Assembly (NCBI RefSeq): GCF_044704955.1
Contig: NC_091996.1
Location: 2,418,001-2,482,000, forward strand
DNA from: Pristiophorus japonicus
Lineage: Eukaryota
Length of the DNA stretch: 64,000 bases
Reading direction: 5' to 3'
In this document: one piece after another, positions 63,601 through 64,000 of the stretch
Layout of the letters: every line of letters begins with the position of its first letter
Position numbering within the stretch: the stretch's first letter is position 1
Notes under the pieces: generated by a model
Databases searched by the model: none
The model's input: only the letters and a program-made list of their open reading frames with translations
Told to the model about the DNA's origin: nothing
Program-made: the position numbers and the translations under genes

Positions 63601-63696
63601 ACTGACTCTCACTGGGGTACGGGTCCCTCACACACTGACTCTCACTGGGGTACAGGTCCCACACACACTGACTCTCACTCGGGTACGGGTCCCACA
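60624..63696. repeat. 33-bp minisatellite after the MED22 second coding exon
   Basis: Unit cactgactctcactggggtacgggtcccacaca. Confidence 0.97.
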
Positions 63697-64000
63697 GGTA
63701 CTGGCTGCCTGCTCAGACCTCAACCAGTGATTATAATCGCTCCACCATTGGTGGCCGTACCTTCAGCTGCCAAGGCCCCAAGTTCTGGAATTTCCTCCCT
63801 AAACCTCGCCGCCTCTTTTTCCTCCTTTAAGAAAAAAAAACATCTCATTGACCAAGCTTTTGGTCACCTGTCCTGTTATCTCCTTATGTGTCTCCTGTGA
63901 AATGCCTTGTGACGCTTTAATAAGTGCAAGTTGTTGTTGTTGATGAACGTCAGCAGGCTATTCGACCACTGAGGGCTCACCCGATGTCCGCACATGGAAC

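Noticed and set aside
60509-63612. Cys/Trp-rich repeat ORFs (SESQCVWDPYP)
   Set aside because: In-frame translation of a 33-bp intronic minisatellite.

Overview
Eukaryotic vertebrate genomic DNA, most likely a cartilaginous fish (shark-type CR1, L2 and RTE LINEs, a tRNA-head SINE and shark-type minisatellites; taxon is inference). It covers part of the Surfeit gene cluster: SURF1 (+, exons 2-9; exon 1 lies upstream of the window), a complete RPL7A/SURF3 (-, 8 exons, 266 aa, 5'TOP promoter), a complete DNLZ (+, 3 exons, 179 aa) and the 5' part of MED22/SURF5 (+). RPL7A introns 2-7 each carry one box C/D snoRNA: 3 x SNORD24 and 3 x SNORD36. The rest is a deleted Gypsy LTR element, LINE and SINE fragments and about 16 minisatellite arrays, which explain all the very long low-complexity ORFs. 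Most interesting signals: (1) snoRNA copies appear to have been copy-pasted between RPL7A introns. Two SNORD24 copies split pre-existing retroelements, and one SNORD36 copy carries a disabled copy of exon 7. (2) DNLZ sits between RPL7A and MED22, which are head-to-head neighbours in mammals. (3) The probable MED22 first exon is bracketed by inverted and tandem copies of a CCAAT/E-box/YY1 module. No prokaryote-type system such as CRISPR is supported. Coordinates were read by hand; repeat and TE boundaries are approximate.
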